Assembly: GCA_021613535.1 (NCBI GenBank)
Contig: CP075494.1
Location: forward strand, 8,246,001 to 8,310,000
Direction of reading: 5' to 3'
Length of the DNA: 64,000 nucleotides
Source: Adineta vaga
Lineage: Eukaryota; Animalia; Rotifera
In this document: in pieces, positions 27,816-42,400 of the stretch
Position numbering within the stretch: position 1 is the stretch's first letter
Layout: each line of letters starts with the position of its first letter
The notes under the pieces: model-generated
The model's input: only the letters and a program-made list of their open reading frames with translations
What the model was told of the DNA's origin: nothing
Databases searched by the model: none
Program-made: the position numbers and the translations under genes

Positions 27816-29137
27816 ATGCATCCAGTTGGGCAGCAACAGCAGCGTCGGGGTAATCCTACTCGAATGCCGATGATGTATCACACGTCTTTACCACCTGCGC
27901 CATTATTACCTGTCCCTCCACCAGCATTACGATATGGTGGTGGTGGCGGCGGTGGTATTGGTAATTATCAGCAATCAGTAGGTGTTAGTGGTGGAATGAA
28001 ACATCATCAACGTGGAAGTGGAAATCGTACTGGTCGTGGATCCATTGCCCCTCATCGACAGCAACGTCCAACTGCCGGTTCTCGTTATCATCCTTATCAA
28101 TTTCGACAACCATTACCTCCTCAGCAACAACAGCAACGTTCATATCGACCAGCTCATCCATTACCACGTACTCCAGCAGCATTAATGGGTAAATAGAGTA
28201 AAAGATTGAAATACTGAAAATGAAATTTCTGTTTTTGTTTTAGGTACACCACCTGGTATGTCACAATCAGAATATGAATTGATTCATTCAGCACAAGTAC
28301 AACGTGATAAAAAGAAACTTGATGTACTTGCACCATCAAATACAACACAGTTTCTCATACGTGATCATAACCGTCAAACGCCATCATCTATAGCTACACC
28401 AACGCCAACACATCAAACAGGTAAAAAGAACACACATACATATGTGTACACATATAGTGAAACAAATAAAACGATGTTCTGATATATTTTAGATTCTTCC
28501 CCATCGACTACACAAAGTCAATCATCATTACCTTATGATCAAATGTTTGATATGGGTGATGTTGATGCTCAAAGTGATGATACAGAAAGTAATCAGGATA
28601 TTGGTTTTGGTGGTAGTGATCCATCCGGTGATAGTGATTTCAATGATATTTATTATCAATGTCGATATGAACGTTATGCAGCATTTAGTCGAGCAAATTT
28701 ACTCAATGAAGTTCTATCACTTTGTGCAAATATTGATCGTTTACAACATGAAAAAAGTGAAGTGGAAAAACGTTTACGTGATGTACAACAACATCTATAT
28801 GAAGTAACTACGGCACATAATGGTAATCAAAGTCGTTCGACAAATGACGAAGTAAATCAAATCACTGACGATGATTCTCGAGTAAGATTTTTCTAACATT
28901 ACTCTCTTGTTCAATACTAATAGATATTTATTTCATATTTAGATGCAGTCACCAATTCCTGATCAACAACAGAACGATTCGAAGAATGGCGAGGATATGA
29001 ATCCTGTCGATGATGAAATACAAGCATCAACTTCATCTCAACCTTCATCTATTAATCAAACGGAAGTAAACGAACCATTAGTCGAAGGAAATTCTTCCGA
29101 AACTAATGAAAATGAACAACAAATTGCTCATTCATAA
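27816..29137 (+). CDS. HEXIM: HEXIM-family P-TEFb inhibitor, divergent; 4 coding exons
   Basis: APSNTTQFLIRDH (cf. APYNTTQFLMDDH), acidic region, then DFNDIYYQCRYERYAAFSRANLLNEVLSL plus coiled coil (cf. the cyclin-T-binding region). Confidence 0.8.
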
Positions 29138-29266
29138 GTTGTCTTGTTTATTTTTTTGTTGTTATATAATCTTATTGTATAAACATATATGTATAATATA
29201 GCACCAATGTGTTTTTCCTCAGTTGATTTTCTTTATCCTGTTTTCACTCTCTTCTAGATCATAAAT

Positions 29267-32200
29267 ATGATCCATCCAAAAACGATCCTTAGTATTTTTA
29301 TGATATTTACTCTATCGATTGTCTTCACAGTTGATAGTCTTGCTGTGATGTCAGTCGATCTAGGTACCGAATTTGTGAAAATTGCTATCGTTAAACCTGG
29401 AATACCGATGGAAATTGCTTTGAATAAGTAAGTTTATTTCGTGTATTTTTAATAAAAATGTCATTTTTTTTCTATTTCAATAGAGAAAGTCGTCGAAAAA
29501 CACCAGTGATCATTGCTATTAAAGGCAAAGATCGAGAATTTGGTGAAGCGGCTGTATCTCGAGTATGAAACATAAAGATATCATTGATAAATAAAAGTTT
29601 CTCTTGATTTTTTTCTAGTCAAGTAAAATCCCAGCGCAATCATACATGTATTTACGAGAATTAGTTGGCAAATCATTGAATAATCCAGTTATTGAACAAT
29701 ATTTAAAACGATTTCCATACTATAAATTAAAAACCAATGATCATACGAGTGAACTTGTTTTCGAACATGATAGGTAAGTGTATATTGATACTTAAGAAAG
29801 ATCTTTCAGAGAATGTAAATCAATATGAATCATTATTTTCTTTCTAGTGAAACCAATTATACCATTGAAGAGCTACTTGCTATGATATTGAAGAAAGCTC
29901 GTGAATATGCATCAGATTTTGCGGAACAATCCGTTGATTCTGCTGTTATCACTGTTCCACCTTATTTTACACAATCTGAACGACGAGCTGTTAAACGTGC
30001 ATGTGAATTAGCCAATATCAAGTTACTTCAATTAATGAATGATAATACAGCTGTTGCACTCAACTATGGTATATTTCGTCGTAAAGATTTCAATTCAACG
30101 GGTTCAACTTATTTATTCTATGATATGGGAGCACAATCAACTATATGTACTATTGCAACTTTTCATATTGTTAAAACAAAAGAAAATGGTTATCTCGAAG
30201 AAGTACCACAATTAACAATTAAAGCGGTTGCATTTGACCGAGATTTAGGTGGTTTAGAATTTCAAATACGTTTACGTGATTATTTAGCAAAGAAATTTCA
30301 TGAACAACATCCAAAAATTGATCTATTTCAAAATGCTAGAGCTTTAACAAAATTGTTTCGTGAAGCTGAACGAGCTAAACATGTTTTAAGTGCTAATAAT
30401 GAATATACAGCACAGGTCGAAGGTTTAGTCGATGAAATTGATTTTAAACATCGATTGACACGTGAACAATTTGAAGATTTATGTAAAGATCTTTTTCAAC
30501 GAGTTCGACGACCAGTTGAAGAAGCACTCAATGCTAGTGAAATTACATTGGTAAGAAATTCTAATAGATTAAGAACATGAGTCGATATTTATTAATTTTA
30601 GAGTGAAATTCAACAAGTACTTTTATTTGGTGGTGCAACACGTATCCCTCGTATTCAAGAAGAATTAGCTAAATCAATTGGCGGGTACGTAGATATTTTT
30701 AGAAGTAGCTTCAAAGACTATGATAAAAGTATTCTTTTTCTATAGAATTGATCTTGGTAAAAGTTTAAACACCGATGAAGCTGCTGCAATGGGTGCTGTC
30801 TATCAAGCAGCTGCACTTTCCAAAGGTTACCGTGTGAAAAAATTTATTATTAAAGATGCTAATCAATATCCTATTAATGTTCAATTTGAACGGCATACAG
30901 AGAGTACATCAGAAAGTTCGGAACAAAAAGTAGTTGATCGAACATTGTTCAATCGAAACAATCTTTATCCAAATCGAAAAGTGATGACATTTAATCGACA
31001 TACGGATGATTTTTCATTTGATGTTCATTATGGAAATGTTTCACATCTTTCAAATACTGATAAACGGTAAGTGTAGAGCAGATTAAAAAGAAATTATAAA
31101 TCTTAATTTCATTGTTATCCTTTCAGTACACTTGGCCAAACAGAACTACTTCATGTAAGTGTTACTGGTGCTCGTGCAGCTTATGAAAAACATAAAGATA
31201 CCAGTGAATCAAAAGGCATTAAGGCACATTTTCAATTGGATGAAAATTGTCTTCTTTCTCTCGCTCGAGTATGTTTCAATGGTTGTGTGTGTATATATAT
31301 ATTAATTCTTCTACTTTTATTCGTTGAATTCATAGGTTGAATTTATTTTTGAACGAAAAGAAACTGAAGCAGATCGAAATATTACAGACGAAGATGCGTC
31401 AACATTATCAAGTAAATTTTTTAAATATTCTTTTCAATCAATTGATTAATCTATATGATTTTTATAGAATTAGGTAGTAAAATTTCCAGTTTCTTCTCAT
31501 CACGAGGTTCATCTGAAGACGAAAGTAATAATGGAACGAATACGACTAATGACGAAGTTCCTCTCGGAGTAAGATCACTTCTATATTTAGAAATCGCATA
31601 TCAATGATTATTGTTCTTAGAATAACACTGAAACAAATACGAATGAACAATCAACTGATGAAAAAGGTACGTGCATATAAATATTGATGATGTAAGTATT
31701 GAATTAATTGTTATTATAGAAGCAACAGCAAATTCAACAGAAAATGCCAACACAACAACAACAACAACTGAAACGACAACAACGACAGTACCACCACCAA
31801 AAATGATTACTATTCGTGAAGCATTAGAATATCAGGTTGAATTACGTGACTATCCTGATCCAACATCAGAAGCTCAAACAATCTCACGGCAAAAGTAAAT
31901 ATCTTCATATTTAAATAACATGAAACCGTTGTTTAAGTAGAGTTTCAAATTTCACTAGTTATAATCAATGTCATTATTATCGTTTAGATTAACTGCTTTG
32001 GATGATTATGACCGTGAAGCTTTAGCTTTAGCTACTGCTAAAAATAATCTTGAATCATTTATTTATGACATGCGTGATAAACTCGAACATGATGCTATTT
32101 ATAAAAAAGCCGTCTCCACTGATGAACACACAAAGATTAGTGATAAATTAACTGAAGTCGATTCATGGTTATGGGATGATGGAATTACTGCTGATGTTAA

Positions 32201-32941
32201 AGTAAAAGAAATTTCACTTTTTAAATACTGTATTTCTTTTCTTTTCTTCTCAATAGACATTAAAAGCAAAATTAGAAGAATTAAAAACAATAACTAAAGG
32301 ATTGAAATTACGTGTACGTGAAGTTGATTTACGTCCACAAAAATTGAAAGAACTCAAAGATGCAATTAATACTACAGAACATTTTATTCAAGCAACACGT
32401 GTTCTATTTTTGAAAAAAGAAGAAGATGAAAAACCATTTACTGATTCTGAAATCAATTCATTAGAAAAAATAATCAAAGAAACATATGTAAGTAAATCTT
32501 TTGATCGACTATTCGAAAATAAGTTATCTTTCAGACATGGCGCGATGAAGTTGTCGATGCATTTTCAAAATTATTACCAACTGAAACACCAAAATATTTA
32601 TCAACTGATTTTGATGATAAAATTAATTTACTTAAACGTGAAACGAATTATTTAATTGGTAAAGCCCAACGATTTATTCCAAAACCTAAACCTACAACTA
32701 CTACACCAAAAGTTCCTGTTAAAAATGATACAAACATTGAAGAACAAGAAGAACCATCGACTACAACGCCAGTTCCTGACGAACCAGAGGTAGAAACTGA
32801 AGAAACAACAACAACAACAACAACCACCACCACCACCACAACCGAACCAACATCCGAAGGTATATTTTGTTATTTGAATCATATTATACTAGTATTTTAT
32901 TTGACCCTGGTTTATTTTTAGAAGAACGTACTGACTTATAG
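29267..32941 (+). CDS. HYOU1: Hypoxia up-regulated protein 1 / GRP170, ER Hsp70-family chaperone, multi-exon
   Basis: Signal peptide then LAVMSVDLG...[64 protein letters not shown]. Ends ...RTDL-stop. Confidence 0.95.
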
Positions 32942-33421
32942 AAGTGAACTTTGGTATTAGCGTATGTTTGTTCATCATTCCATGTTGCGATAACTGATAA
33001 TACTAGTCAATTGTTTTACTTGTTGCTATTGTCGATCTGTCGTTCACTTACCTAATTTATCTCCGCCTGTTTTGTTTTCGTTTCTTTTTCAATTGTTACG
33101 ATTTAGTTAGACATCAATATATAAGGAACATATGTGCTCTGCTTTGTCTTTGTAGGATGTTTTTTTCTTTTCTTTCTGCATGGTTTATCTTAATGTCAAA
33201 GTGTGAAACAAAACGTTTTTTTTTGATTTATTCAGTTTAAAATAAAATAAACAACATCAAAATTGAAATAATATATGACGTTTTATCGTGTGTGTTCGTT
33301 TGAGAATAAAACAATTCATTATGTTCTAAACTATTAGTTAAGTATCATCTTCTAGTTTTATTTTGTAAATTTAAAAAAAATTAGATAAAGTACACAAAAA
33401 GCATTCTATTCAAAACAAAAT

Positions 33422-36400
33422 TTAAACCGTTGTCTTTCTTGTCAAATGTGCTAAATAAATCCAAACAGCAAGAATATTATTTGGATATGAATGAATATGA
33501 ACAGCTAATGCAAATTCGATATCATTTGTTGGATGTTCAAACATTTTAGTTGAATACACTGAATCGACTACTGTTTGAACATTACTATACGGCATTTGCA
33601 AAGGAAATCCAGTAATCTAAGTAAAAGAAAAATGAATGAATATATAAAACAATGATTAGTGTCAGTGTATATACGTCATGTGTTGCTTGAAATTCAGCTA
33701 CTTCTTGTTCAATGTCATTTGCATTACCATGTCCTGTTGATGATTGTATCTCTTTGCTAGAATGAGAAGACAATTTAATATCACTGTTATAGATATCTGA
33801 ATATTTTCTATAGTAATTTTTTTCTAAGACTTTGCTATTGAGAATAAATCTTACCGTTTAAGAACTCCTTGTAGACGTTTTTGACACGCCCAATGCCAAC
33901 GTGTTACATGAGGTTCACGCCATTCGATAAATTTATTACGTAAAACTTCATAGATATGTTTTTCAAGTGAATGAACATCATCATCACGTGTAGGTTCGTA
34001 ATGTATATCACTTGGCTAAAAGAAAACAATTTCTCATTATTGAACAAGGATATATTGTAACTATTGAAAATGAACCTGAACAGATGACCAATGTAAAGCA
34101 TCACGTGTAAATGAACGATCAAAGAATGGTCGCCATTGTTTTGTATTAGTTACATCAAAACTCATTCTTGATGGTAAATCTTGTTCTTGTATATTAGCCC
34201 AAATCTGAAATATAAAAACACAATTAAATGAAGTTTATTTTAAAAGGAAACAATCGTACGTTTTCTTCATTTGCTAATAAATATATACTTCGAATTGGAT
34301 TCCATGTATCAAGTGTCGATGCATCATGTCCATCTGATACACTCCAACAAGTTGGAGAACGTTGTGTATCTTCTTTTGTCAGAACAAAACAACATGGACC
34401 ACTGTAGATTGATACACCTATGTTGAAAAACAAAAGATTTATGTATTGAATCAGATTTCCTTAAAGAAGATTGCTCATTTACCCATAGCGATCCAACTTT
34501 TTTTGTTCAATCGTAAGAAATAATTATTCAATAAAACAGCATGTTCTTCATCATCACCTGCCATTGTATGTAAAAATTGCTGAAAAGAAAAATTTTCAAA
34601 ATATCAAAAATGAGATCTTTCTAAAAAAATGTCCGTGTTTGTCTGAAATATATCAGTGATATAAACCTCTGTTTGATAACTTACATCGGATGTTTCCCAA
34701 ATATCGCATATTCCTGGAAAAGTTATTGTATCAGCAAGAAATGGAATCAATGCAACAAAACGAGCCAAACGATGCTACAAATATTCAAGAAACAAAAGGG
34801 CTACTTTTTCAATGAACTTATTTATTTTCAAATTATACTTGAGTTTCTGATCCACTTCCAGTGGATGTTGCTGCATCATCTGCTGTGCCTGGTAACGGAG
34901 GAAAGGGTAATGGACGAAGAAAACGTGGAATAAATACAGCTCGACCATTAATATCTGATACTGTTGCTTTATAATCTCGATCGGGAAATTTCTTATTTAA
35001 TTCTTCTACCCATTGGCGAGCATGATTGAGTAGAGCAAGAGATTCTGTACTATCGAACTAAGAATAAAAAACAAATGATCAATCATGAATTTTACGAAAA
35101 GTTCTTCTTACTGATTGCTGAATGGTTTCAGGAGGAGCTAGAATTGGTTCCATTGTCACAAACATACGAAGAACACTAGCGGGTAGTTGCATTGTATTTG
35201 TTTCAATTCTCGATTGATTTAATTTTTCTCTCACATAACCAAGCAATGGATTGGGCACACTTAAACGATAACTACCTTCCAACTGAAGGAAAAAATGAAG
35301 AGTTTCTTCTCCTTTGCAAATTTTCTTACTCGTCCATTCACATAAATATTACTAAATGGAATTTTTACGGATCCTAACCAATTTCGTGCAATACGTTTTT
35401 TAATAACTTGATCACGTTCACGATCAGTCGTCGGTAAATCCACATCAAGTTGATCGAATATATTGATATAAAGTATATCACGACAACGTTGTAGTGAACT
35501 TGCATCGAAATCATTATCCGGTGGCCTTGACAAGAAAAAAAAATACAACAGGTGATTTGTTTCTCATTTTAACTCGTCATTTAAAAAACACTACACTTTC
35601 ATTTTATATCTTTATAGTCGATAATGACGATGTTTAGATTATTTATACTTTTGTTTTGTCCTTTGATCATTTCATCGGACCCACTACCCTATGCAGAATG
35701 GGCTCATCATCATATGGTTTGGTTACCGAATTCTCATTCCAATCAAAAGGATATTCAAGGTATGTTTGATGATTATGTGAGTCATAATATTCAATTTGGT
35801 ACTGTGAATATTGATTCACGTTGGGCAACGAATTTCAATACATTCATATTTAATTCGACAAATTTTCCAACTATTCGAGATATGTTAGATGGATTCCGAG
35901 CCAAAAATAAACATATTGTTTTATGGATGACTTCCATGATTAATACTGATGCAGAAACATATGAATATGCACAAGAACATGGCTATTTATTTAATAAAAC
36001 TATCAAATGGTGGCATGGTAATGGACGTTTATTGAATTACTTTAATCAACAAGCTGTTAATTGGTGGCATAGTCAAATAGAACGACTTCTAGATACTGTT
36101 GGACCTATTCATGCTTTTAAGGTATGAGACGATTTCTAGTCAAGTATCTTTTCATTTCAATTATACAATCTAACAATTGAACTAAATGTTCTTTTTTTTC
36201 TCGAAGGCCGATGGTACTGATCCATATATAATAGAAGTACTCGATCCTCGTGTGACATGGGAACGTTATCGTACTGCTTATTATAATGATACATTTCAAA
36301 TACTACGTCGATTAGTTGGTCCCGAAGCTTTGATTATGTCTCGTCCAGTCGATAATGATTTGGATTTTTCTCCACGTGATGTTGTCTTTATGGGTTGGGT

Positions 36401-39400
36401 AGGTGATGAGGATGGTACTTATGATGGACTCAAAACAGCACTTCGTTACATGCTTGAAAGTGGTCGTCGTGGTTATGTTGGTTTTGGTTCTGATATAGGT
36501 GGCTATCGAGCTGATCCAAATGCTGGTCCATTAGGTCGTACAAAAGAATTATTTCTTCGTTGGACAGCTGTCGGTGCTTTAAGTTCATTTATGGAAAATG
36601 GTGGTAATGGTGAACATTTACCATGGAAATTTGATAATGAAACTACTGATATTTATCGATCATGGGTGGATTTACACTATAAACTAGTTCCTTATCTTTA
36701 TAGTGAAGGTACAAAAGTTGCACTCGGACGAAATGGTACATTAATGCGACCATGTGATGATATCGAAGCTCTATTTAGTCATACTTATTTTCTTGGTCCG
36801 AATATTTTTGTTGCACCAGTTTTAAAAGATCCAGCAGCTGGTCAAACACAACGCATATGGTTACCAAAGAGTTCTACTAATCAATGGATTAATTATTTCA
36901 ATACATCAATAACACATAAGGCTCATACATTCATTCATGAAGATACAAGTCGTCTTGATCGTATTCCAATTTATATTGAACAAAATTCTTTAATACCAAT
37001 GTATTATATTGACAAAAATTATTCTCTTAATGCTTTCAAATTTGTTCTCTGGGGTAAAGCTATTTCCAATGAACAACAAACAACATTATTTACACGCGAT
37101 GGTCAACAATGGTTATTAAAATTCAATCGTTTAGAACGACTATTCACCGCACATCTCATTCAACAATATGACTCAAATGAAAAACAAGAATGGATTTGGA
37201 AATTTTGTCAATATGTTAATGGAAAAGAACTTTGTTCACCTAAATGGATGTTACTTTTTGATAAAGTCTCTGTTCGACTTGATGTTTTAGTTTAAAAATA
37301 AATAGATGAAAAAAATCAGTACCTGAATGGTATACGTAATTCTTCATTCCAACTTGGATTAGGACCATCGACTGTACTTGTTCGATAGGTTTTCTTTTGA
37401 AATTGTATTTCAACATAAGGACGAACCAATGTCTAGAAAACAGATTGAAAAGCGATCGTATGAATAAACTTAAATAACGATTAATTTAATCAATGCTTAC
37501 GGTTCGTGCTGAACTTAGTTTTGTTCGATTTGATACTTTAGCTCTTTCACTAAAAGTGCAAAATTCAGATCAAAATCTAGATCATATAGTTATTTTTAAG
37601 TTACCTTTCTAGAGCATCCCGTCGAATTGGTAAATCAATCGCACCAATTAAATTTACCAATATAAACACATCTCGATTCGCTGCAACAGCTAAATTAGTT
37701 ACTTTCTTTTGTTCTGTACGACGTTTAACAGGATACAATGGACGTGATGGTTCAATATATAGATTAGATAAGACGCCACGAAGAGCCCTAGATGTAGAGA
37801 TACAGAGTACGATTGATTGATTGATTTATTCGTTCAACTTACTGAATATTTGGAACAACTTCTTCCACAACCATTTGTTGATATGACTTTCGACTCGATG
37901 TTAATGCAAAACGAGCTAAGACTTGTTCACGCATCTATCATTTTTTTTAATGTTCAGAAAATATTTAGTTTTTGAGTCATATTTAAAGAATAAGAATTAC
38001 TTTTCGTAATTGTCTTTCACCTTGTCGTCGTACAGCATCAATACGCGTCTGACGTTTTTCTTGGAGTTGTTGTTCGACACTATCGGCTTCTGCTGTTTCT
38101 TGACGACGAGCCATAAAACTCTGTTTAATTCAAGGGAAAAAAAAGTTACATAAATGAATGATTCGATAGAAATCATCAATTTAACTATCAACACTTTTCT
38201 TTCGATTATTAGCGAATACATAATAATCTTCTATTTACCTTAAAAACACCATGTTCTTTACGAACAAGATAATCGTATGGTGGTACACGTTTATAATCTC
38301 GAAAATCTGGTATGTTTTCTTTTCTAGCTTGTAATAGTTTAAATCTTAGTGAATTGTCCATTTCCATTTGTTTTCTTTTTTGTTCAGTTTCATTATTTTC
38401 ATCAATCCATAAACGAAAATGTTGCAAAGCATTGATTTCAAATCTTACATCGCCATGTGTACCCATATAATCCTAAATAGTACAGTATTGTCATAGATTC
38501 TTTTCTTATTTTCTAATCATATACCTTCATTAGATTAATTAAAAAAGCATTTTCAGGATCGTATGGATCAAGATTTGATTGTTTTATCCAATCAATTAAA
38601 TTCTTCATATTGCTTAAATTCACTGCTTGCATATTTATATCCTGTCGAAGGCCACCTGCCATTTGTCGACTAGCAAAAACAAACAAACAAATAATCAATC
38701 AATTACCTTCAACATCACGAAATCTTTTCGATATACTTTTGAAATGCTTTCGATGTGGGTAGATCTGGTGGCACAAGTACTACACCATCTTGTACTCCCC
38801 ATGCAACACCAGCATTGACAATACCTTCAATATTTAGATAGATTCGTTCTCTATCATCGACTTCTATAGGCGTAGGAATTCCAGCGCCGATGGCTGATGT
38901 TTGATTGGGATTGAATTGTCGTAAAACATCTGAACTGAATTCAAATGCTTGTAATTTATAATTTTCCGTAGTTACAGTTGCTTCGGGAACAGGTAAATAA
39001 AGCTCTGCTAAAGGTGAACGTAATCGTGTCGACGATTCATATAATTGAATTTTAATCGTTTCGGGTGTACGAACAACATAGCATGGAAAAACTTGAGAAA
39101 TACGTGTTTCAAAATCACTTGTTAATGGTCTAGCAAAAGCAGAGAAGAACTAAGATTCAAACATCGTATAATAAAAATATCTATATACATAGATGGTGTA
39201 TCAGCTGCTATTTTTTCGTTGATAACAATACGAACGATAATATTTGAAGCAGTTTGAGCATGATGTCGACGTGCACGTTCACGGCTGAAAAGGTAAATAT
39301 GAACATTAGTAATTTTAACAAAATCAATTGTACGTACGCAGTACATTCTGAATCCGTAGATATTTGTTCAGTATAGACAAGTTCAAGAACAATTTCAGGT

Positions 39401-42400
39401 TCATCTGAAATAAAGGATACGATGAAAATCAACTACTGCACACACATAATTCATATGAAATATCTACCGGCAGGTCGAATTGCATTTTGATATTTAGTTA
39501 ATATTGTTGTTCGAATTTCATCTGGTTTACGTGGCTCAGGTTTTTCTGGTACAATTATATCCTCTTCATTAAGAATTGCTATATCATCCTTTTAAAATAC
39601 AAGTCGAATATTATTCAATAAGCTCAAAATCTTTCTTTAATCTACTTGATTATAATCGTCATCACCAGCTCCATCTGCCATCATATCTTTATTTCGTTTT
39701 TTATCTACACGTTTTCGTGCTTCTTTCTATAATATAGAAATAAACCAAATGTTTAGCAGATAAAATACTTTCATCAACCAACTTTTCGTATCGTTTGTAA
39801 TTTTCTTTTTTTCACTATTTGAGCATGAATCTCCTTTTCTCGTCGAAATTCTTCTTCTGCTAATGCAATTTCATCTTCAATTTCTTCTTCAATCTGTTGT
39901 TGCATCTGTTCATGATGTTTAGTTTTTTTTCCTGATTTCCTATATATTCAAAATAGAAAAGAAATTAAATCAATGAGATGATACGAACTGTTTTATCAAA
40001 AGTCGAACAGATGTTGTTGTGTAACCATTAATACGACGAACATCTTTTATTTTCTTCCAAGTATCTAATAAACGTTGAAGTAATTGTCGATCAAGTTTCA
40101 TTTCATTACAACGTTGATTGCGTGTTTGACTAAGATGAAAGAGAAAGTTTGACATGGAGAATTTTATTCGTAGAAAACTCAGTCCTACCGAAGTTCATTC
40201 TGATAATTAATCAATCGATTACGTAATTCTTCGGGTAATGATGAACTGGAATACTTAAAAAAGTGAGAAAAATTTATTGTATTCATTATGAAATGAAAGA
40301 AAGAAATTTACTCGATTTTGTTCATATAATGTTCGACAATTATTTTCAGCACTTTTCAATGCTTTAATCTAAACCAAGAAGACAATAGTGTATGTATTCA
40401 GTAAAAGAAAATATCGCAAACTTTATCAGAGAGTTGTTGAACAACACGTTGTTGCATTCGTACAGTATAATGTTCATACATTTGTTTCATTTTCATAGCA
40501 AAAACATGTTCAATACTCATTAAATGATGATGAATAAATGAAACAGTACCTAGATCAATATCTAAACGATACCGATCCGAACCAATGGGATCATTCGATA
40601 CACCGCTTTTATTATCTACTACATAAGCCTAAAATTCATAAACAAAAGATTCAATGAGGTTGTTTATTACTATATATATATTAATTAATGTAGCTCCGAC
40701 ATTTTGCGATCATAGGATTAGAAAAGATTACAGATGTATGAAAGCATACCTTGCAAAATTCTCTGCCCAATATAGGATCGAAAAGATCATCAATAAGTGG
40801 TCGTGTTGGTACAAATTTCGTTGGATCCGGTAGTGAAACAATTGCTCCATCAGGTCCAAACCAACGATCAGGTGACTAAAATTAAGACAATCATTTTTTG
40901 CAAATTTCTGATATTCATTGTATTTACCTTATTATCTACAGCACATTCTTGTAGAATACGTTTTTCTGCTCGTTGAACTAAATTCACTGGCACAATAGGT
41001 CGTTTACCAACAAATATGCCTTCATCTTCAAGTGAACGCGGTTCAACTACGCCACCACCCAATTTCTCTTGAAGAGTTACTTAAACGATAAAAAAAAATT
41101 TATTTCTCTCTTCTAATTACTAGATGATCATTACGATAACTTACATGGTTGTCCAACAACATACTTGAATTTTTGAATTTCTAGATCACGTTGTTCATCT
41201 TCATCTAGTAAAATATCTGCTCGTTGATACTGCGTTGGTTGACTTTCTCCAAATATGGGTAGCAGTGGTTTTTTCTCTAGATTTAAAAGAAATTATTATT
41301 TCCTACAGAATTTATATCTGATATGCAAACCTTCCGGTAAATTTTTATCTCGAACTAAAGTTGAATCATCAGCTGTTTCACTTTCATCAGCCGTCTAAAA
41401 GATAGGAAGAATTCATGTAATTGATTGAATCATTTCTTGACAAGTTTTACTTGTGGTTTCGCGCCTGTAACACCGTCAGCAGTTGTGATTCGAGCAATGG
41501 TTGATCCATCTGTCGGTTGTTGTTGTTGTTGTTCTTTTTCTTCTGATTTCTCAGTTGGCCAGACTTTAAGAAAGAAATCATCTTGTTCAGATGGTAATGG
41601 AGCATTTTCCAAATGTTTAAGTGTTTCTTTCCAACGATTTGTTCGATCCTGAATAAAAAAAATAAAAACATTTAATTCTTTTCTTTCTTTATTCAATTAA
41701 AAAACCTTTTGTTTTTCATCGATTTCTTGTCGAACATGATCATCTCGTATTGTATCATAATCAAAACGTGTTGAACGATCTCCAGCATCAGGAGAAGCAA
41801 TTTGTGAAGCATCAATATTTGGGTCTTGTTGACGAAGCATCTTTCGAAGTTTTAATTCACTACTAGTTCCAAAACGACGAGATGATCCCATTGTTGATTG
41901 TAGATCAACAGTTGCTGAAAGAAAATATAAGTGGCAATAATAGATTGATTTATAAAGAGATTTCTAGTGATTGTAGATAAGTAATACAAAGAAAGATAGA
42001 AAAGAGTTTCTGATCAAACTAACCATCATCAGTTGTTGGTTTCGTTCTAGCTTTTTTAGCCATTTCTAAAATTTGTTCTATCGATTTGCCACGTGTTGTA
42101 CCAGTTGGTGGTGGTAATGAATCAACATGTGACACTTCTTCATCATCTGTATCTCCAACACGTCGTGAGAGAATTTCTTGTTGTTCACGAATTTGATCAT
42201 TTAAATTATCTTGATCATTGTCGACATCGTCAGATGTTCGACTTTTTTTCTTTGATTTTTTACTTTGTTGTTGAACTTCATTGAAAATTCGACGATGTTG
42301 TTTACCGACATGAGAAACTAATCGTTCAGCATTTTGAACATTCTGTTCTTCTTCATCATCGTCATGTTCGATTGGAGGTGGAAGTGGTCGTTCATCTCCA

